A DNA stretch of 32,000 nucleotides from Dehalococcoidia bacterium (lineage in GTDB: Bacteria > Chloroflexota > Dehalococcoidia > Lucifugimonadales > UBA1127), in NCBI GenBank assembly GCA_965247615.1, contig OZ252022.1, positions 789,233 to 821,232 of the forward strand, given 5' to 3'. The notes below the pieces were generated by a model that worked only from the letters and a program-made list of their open reading frames with translations, ran no database searches and was not told the origin of the DNA. Made by a program: the position numbers and the translations under genes. Shown here in pieces: positions 28,318-32,000 of this stretch. Position 1 is the first letter of the stretch. Each line of letters opens with the position of its first letter.

Positions 28318-28423
28318 TGCGCCCAGGGGCCGATGGTCCTCCCCCCGCCCTCGTGAAGCGCCCGCGATACGGCTATAATGGAGTTGCTTCACGCCAACTC
28401 CCATCGAATACAGGAAGGAAGCC

Positions 28424-28933
28424 GTGCCTCCTCGCCAAGAGCTAGGTCGAGCTATCAAGGTCGAAGCCGGCGCCCTCGGTCCCCCCGGCCAGCGGCGCTT
28501 CTACCTCTACGCCGAGGCTGAGGGCGGGACCGCCACCCTCTGGCTGGAGAAGGAGCAGCTCTTCAACCTCGCCATGACCGCCCAACGTGTCCTGGCGGCC
28601 CTCACGCAGCGCCAGGAATCCCCGCCCCCGCCACCCGCGGAAGACCTCGGAGCGCTCACCCTCGATTTCAGAGTCGCCCGCCTCTTCCTATCCCAAGAAG
28701 CCGAGGGCGGTCTCTTCCTCCTCGGCGCCCACGAGATCGCGGAGGAGCCCCCCGCCGACTCGCCCACCGCAACCATTGAGACCACTGCGGACCAGCTCAA
28801 GGTGTTCTCAGACCAGGCCCTCGAGGTGTGCGCCGCAGGTCGGCCCCCCTGCCCCCTCTGCGCCGCCCCAATGGACCCCGCAGGCCACGTCTGCGTCCGA
28901 AGCAACGGCCACTACGCCCGCGATACGCGCTAA
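28424..28933 (+). CDS. DUF3090 family protein
   Basis: 169 aa; RRFYLYAEAEGGTATLWLEKEQLFNLA, C-terminal GRPPCPLCAAPMDPAGHVCVRSNGH; GTG start after aaggaaggaag. Confidence 0.8.
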   Translation: MPPRQELGRAIKVEAGALGPPGQRRFYLYAEAEGGTATLWLEKEQLFNLAMTAQRVLAALTQRQESPPPPPAEDLGALTLDFRVARLFLSQEAEGGLFLLGAHEIAEEPPADSPTATIETTADQLKVFSDQALEVCAAGRPPCPLCAAPMDPAGHVCVRSNGHYARDTR

Positions 28934-29104
28934 CACGCCCGAACGCGGCGTGCGCCTCCGGTCCCCGCCGCCCGACCTCGCCGTAGGTGCGTCCCTTGTA
29001 GGAGCCCGACTCTGCCGTACCTGCCCGAAACCATTGACAATCCGGCTTGTCATGGCTAATGTCATCCTAAGCTTGCAGCTCATGCACGGGAAGAGGTTGT
29101 AGAT

Positions 29105-29248
29105 ATGGCTGAGGCATACTGCTTCAAGTGCCGCGAAAAGCGCGAGATCCAGAATCCCGCCCAGGTCACCCTGAAGAACGGCCGCCCCGCCACCCAGGGC
29201 GTCTGCCCCACCTGCGGGACCAAGGTCTTCCGCATCGGCAAGAGCTAG
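29105..29248 (+). CDS. Small zinc-ribbon protein (DUF5679-like)
   Basis: 47 aa MAEAYCFKCREKREIQNPAQVTLKNGRPATQGVCPTCGTKVFRIGKS; two CxxC knuckles; absent from the supplied track because it is short. Confidence 0.8.
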   Translation: MAEAYCFKCREKREIQNPAQVTLKNGRPATQGVCPTCGTKVFRIGKS

Positions 29249-29275
29249 ACCGCTTCCCTTCGTCCCTGGCCGGCC

Positions 29276-29965
29276 CTATGACGCAGCCCGGATGGGCAGC
29301 TTCCCCGCCACGCCCAAGCGGCTGATCAGGCCCTCCGGGTTTGCCCGCAGGACGATCGCCGCCTCTGCCAGCCCCAGCCCGGCGCCCCGCGCTATCTTCT
29401 CCGCCAGCGACTCTGTCAGAAGGTCCTCCGGCGCGTGCGCGTCCGAGTCCACCACCATGCGCGCCCCTACCGCCCTCCCGAGACTCGCCACGTGCCCGTT
29501 CGTCAGCGAGTGCCCTCGCCGCGCCGACAGCTCCAGCATCGTCCCACCCTCCGCCGCCAGCCGCGCCTCCTCTTCGCTTAGAAGACCCGGGTGCGCCAGC
29601 ACGTCCACCTCCGGGCTCTCCAGCGCCGCCCGGTTGGTCCCCTCCGCCACCGGCTCCACGATGCTCTCCCCGTGGCAAATCACAATCTGGGCCCCCAGGG
29701 ACCGCGCTCGCATTGCTGCCTCGTGGATCTTCGCCGGCGGCACGTGCGTCAGTTCCACCCCTGGAATGGCCAGGATCCCCATCTCCTCGGTCGCCATCTC
29801 GCACTCGCGCACCAGGATCTCGAGCACCCGCTCCTGGTCCCACAGCCCCACGTGGTCCGTCACGGCAATGGCGGTGTACCCCTTGACGCAGGCCCGCTGG
29901 ATGAGCTCCACCGGCGACAGGACGCCGTCGCTCAGGAACGTGTGCGTGTGAAAATCGTACAGCAT
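29276..29965 (-). CDS. PHP domain protein (histidinol-phosphate phosphatase-like)
   Basis: 229 aa; YDFHTHTFLSDGVLSPVELIQRA, IAVTDHVG, GVELTHVPP, VICHGESI, DVLAHPG, DSDAHAP. Confidence 0.85.
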   Translation of the reverse strand: MLYDFHTHTFLSDGVLSPVELIQRACVKGYTAIAVTDHVGLWDQERVLEILVRECEMATEEMGILAIPGVELTHVPPAKIHEAAMRARSLGAQIVICHGESIVEPVAEGTNRAALESPEVDVLAHPGLLSEEEARLAAEGGTMLELSARRGHSLTNGHVASLGRAVGARMVVDSDAHAPEDLLTESLAEKIARGAGLGLAEAAIVLRANPEGLISRLGVAGKLPIRAAS

Positions 29966-30097
29966 CGGCCTCTCCTCTCAGTGTGCCGGTTCAAGCCTAC
30001 CACAGGAGGCTGGCTCTCACCCACGCCTGGGGCTTTGCCCGCGGCCCAGACCGGCGTATAGTAACCACGCAACGCCGATTCCGTCCCCTGGAGTCAC

Positions 30098-30502
30098 ATG
30101 GCCACCCGCCGCTTCTTCACCTTGGACCAGGCCCTTGAGCTCCTCCCCTGGCTGCGAAGCCAGTTCGCCGCCATTGCCGACTCCTCGGAGCGCCTCGCCG
30201 AGCTGCAACAGCAGATCGACGACCTCGCGCACCACCGCCAACGCAACGGCCACTCCAACCTCGGCAGCATCATGCACCAGAAGCGCCAGGAGGCACGCCA
30301 GATCACCGGCGACGTCCAGGCCGTCCTGACGACTATCGAGCGCCGCGGCATCCTCGTTCGCGACGTCAACCGCGGCCTCGTCGACTTCCCCGCCCGCCGT
30401 GAAGACGGCCAGGAGATCCACCTCTGCTGGCTCAAGAACGAGGACACCGTCGGCTTCTGGCACCTCCCCAACGCCGGCTTCGCCAGCCGCCAACCCATCT
30501 AG
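30098..30502 (+). CDS. DUF2203 family protein
   Basis: 134 aa; RFFTLDQALELLPWLRS, GILVRDVNRGLVDFPARREDGQEIHLCWLKNEDTVGFWHLPNAGFASRQPI. Confidence 0.85.
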   Translation: MATRRFFTLDQALELLPWLRSQFAAIADSSERLAELQQQIDDLAHHRQRNGHSNLGSIMHQKRQEARQITGDVQAVLTTIERRGILVRDVNRGLVDFPARREDGQEIHLCWLKNEDTVGFWHLPNAGFASRQPI

Positions 30503-30555
30503 CCTGCAGCCCGCGCCGCCGCCGCCGACGGCAACCAGGAAAGAGAGGAGCACCC

Positions 30556-31395
30556 ATGACCGCCCCAACACAGGATCAGGGATACGCGCGCCCCGAGCTC
30601 TTGGTCGACACCGACTGGCTCCAGCAGCACCTCGACGACCCGAAGGTCCGCGTCATCGACTGCGACCCCATCGACGCATACCGCAGGGCCCACGTCCAGG
30701 GCGCCGTCGGACTACCCGTCCACCAGTTCCTCAAGGACTCCGCCGACTCCATCCACGTCATGCCCCCGGACCAGTTCGCCGCCCTCATGGGAAGGCTCGG
30801 CGTCGAAAACGACACCACCGTCGTCACCTACGACGCCGCCGGCAGCCTCCACGCCGCCCGCGTCTGGTGGGTCCTCAGCTACTACGGCCATCCCAACGTC
30901 CGGGTGCTCAACGGCGGCTGGCAAAAGTGGTTCGCAGAGGGCCGCCCCGCAAGCCTCCAGCCCGCCGCTGTTGCCCAGACCAGCTACACCCCCGCGGCCA
31001 ACCCGGACCTTCTCTGCACCCTGGACTACGCTAAGTCCTGTGTTGAACGAGAAGGCGTCGCCCTTCTCGACGTTCGCTCCGACGGCGAATGGACCGGCGA
31101 GAACGCCCGCGGCAACGCACACAGCGGCCACGTCCCCGGCGCCGTGCACCTGGAGTGGCTCAACTTCATGACCAGGGACGAACCCCGCGTATTCAAGCCC
31201 GCCAGCGAGCTCCGCGCCATGCTCGCCGAGGTGGGCGTCACCCCCGAACAAGAGGTCGTCACCTACTGACAGGGAGGCATCCGTGCGGCGCACGGCGTGT
31301 TTACCCTCAGCCTCCTCGGCTACGACCGCGTTCGCAACTACGACGGCTCCATGGGCGAGTGGGCCAACCGCGACGACACCCCACTGGTGAAGTGA
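30556..31395 (+). CDS. Two-domain rhodanese/thiosulfate sulfurtransferase with in-frame TGA at the catalytic Cys position; candidate selenoprotein (279 aa if read through)
   Basis: The track ORF ends at the TGA 31267-31269 (...EQEVVTY*). Same-frame continuation is QGGIRAAHGVFTLSLLGYDRVRNYDGSMGEWANRDDTPLVK*, i.e. the canonical rhodanese active-site loop (YC.GG.RA) and C-terminus, with the catalytic Cys codon replaced by TGA. Confidence 0.8.
31275..31302 (+). promoter_or_regulatory. Putative bacterial SECIS-like hairpin immediately downstream of the TGA codon
   Basis: CCGUGC-GGC-GCACGG (31281-31295), perfect 6-bp upper stem with the GGC loop 18-20 nt after UGA. It can be extended by a weaker AGGCAU/GUGUUU lower stem (including G-U pairs) across a bulged C31296. 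Confidence 0.5.
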
Positions 31396-31435
31396 CCCGC
31401 CCCCAGCGGCTCATGGTGAGGCGCTCGGACCTAAT

Positions 31436-31576
31436 GTGCGGGGAGCTGGCTCTGGCCGTGGTATATCGAACTACTACCTGCGCGACCCGGAGTCGCCGCA
31501 AGAGTTGGCCTGGGTCGAGTCGGCTTCACTCGCCGCGCTGGCCGCGTACCCCTGGGACCCCGAGCCAGAGCAGTGA
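31436..31576 (+). CDS. Possible small antitoxin-like ORF preceding the MazF-like gene
   Basis: 46-aa GTG-start ORF VRGAGSGRGISNYYLRDPESPQELAWVESASLAALAAYPWDPEPEQ*, whose stop overlaps the GTG start of the next gene (GTGA overlap). Below the track's length cut-off. Confidence 0.35.
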   Translation: MRGAGSGRGISNYYLRDPESPQELAWVESASLAALAAYPWDPEPEQ

Positions 31577-31890
31577 GACGGGGCGAGATCCCGTGGGCCG
31601 ACCTGCCCCGGCCCACGGGAAGGCGACCCGTAGTGTTGCTGTCTCGTGACCAGGCCTACGCCGTTCGGGAGTTCGTCATCGTCTCTCCGCGTACATCGCG
31701 CCGTGGAGGCCTGATAACCGAGGTTGAGCTAGGGCCTCAGGACGGACTGGCTAGACCCTCAGTCGTGAACCTTGACGTCATGAACACCGTGTCCAAGCAA
31801 CAGCTTCAGGAGCGGATTGTCGAGCTGAGTCCGGGGAAGCTCCGGTCCGTCGAGGCCGCGATCCATTTCGCCTTGGGCCTGGAAACCTAA
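31573..31890 (+). CDS. MazF/PemK-like type II toxin family protein
   Basis: 105 aa; RRGEIPWADLPRPTGRRPVVLLSRDQAY..., SVVNLDVMNTVSKQQLQERIVELSPGKLRSVEAAIHFALGL, the typical MazF C-terminal arrangement. Confidence 0.75.
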   Translation: MRRGEIPWADLPRPTGRRPVVLLSRDQAYAVREFVIVSPRTSRRGGLITEVELGPQDGLARPSVVNLDVMNTVSKQQLQERIVELSPGKLRSVEAAIHFALGLET

Positions 31891-31938
31891 CACGCCCCAG
31901 GCCCGGTCCCCACAAAGCCGTCGCCCCCCCTCCCCGCC

Positions 31939-32000
31939 TCAGCGCGCGGCGACCTCCGTGAGGCGACCCGTCGCGCAGTCGTAGATGAAGCCGCGCACCT
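31939..32000 (-). CDS. C-terminal end of a protein, possibly beta-carbonic anhydrase (truncated by window end)
   Basis: Reverse translation ...VRGFIYDCATGRLTEVAAR*; the hGfiYd..TGrL.eV ending is typical of beta-carbonic anhydrases. Only 19 residues visible. Confidence 0.4.
   Translation of the reverse strand, partial: VRGFIYDCATGRLTEVAAR

Noticed and set aside
27451-28458. 335-aa minus-strand ORF
   Set aside because: Antisense to the SDR gene; Gly/Asp/Val-rich shadow translation without motifs.
31267-31269. Treating the rhodanese TGA simply as a normal stop or ordinary nonsense pseudogene
   Set aside because: The TGA falls precisely on the catalytic Cys codon, the downstream 41 residues retain family consensus, and a SECIS-position hairpin is present. 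A one-base TGC-to-TGA mutation or sequencing error cannot be excluded from this window alone, so read-level checking is still needed.

Overview
A 32 kb window of high-GC bacterial chromosome. Codon style and gene content look like Chloroflexota/SAR202-type, but this is inference only. Most of it is ordinary catabolic genes: two amidohydrolases (one LigJ-like), an extradiol (LigB-type) dioxygenase, two tandem Rieske oxygenases, two LLM flavin monooxygenases, a bicupin, a VOC/methylmalonyl-CoA epimerase-like protein, SMP-30, alpha/beta hydrolases, a CoA-transferase, an SDR and a Gfo/Idh/MocA oxidoreductase. Accessory patches interrupt this. About 5.7-11 kb holds a serine-recombinase 3' remnant, an IS21 istA fragment, an IS3-type transposase remnant, a spermidine-synthase-like gene and a Thr/Pro-repeat lipoprotein with an HELAH motif. 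Further patches are a DUF433/DUF5615-like toxin-antitoxin-like pair (15.3-16.4 kb), an apparently orphan DNA methyltransferase (19.5 kb) and a MazF-like gene (31.6 kb). The strongest unusual signal is at 31267-31269. A two-domain rhodanese/thiosulfate sulfurtransferase has an in-frame TGA exactly at the catalytic cysteine (VTY[TGA]QGGIRAAHGVF). Full homology continues to a second stop at 31395, and a perfect 6-bp hairpin with a GG-starting loop lies 18 nt downstream of the TGA, as expected for a bacterial SECIS element. This makes it a candidate selenocysteine-containing rhodanese that a standard ORF caller truncates. No CRISPR array, rRNA or tRNA was recognised.
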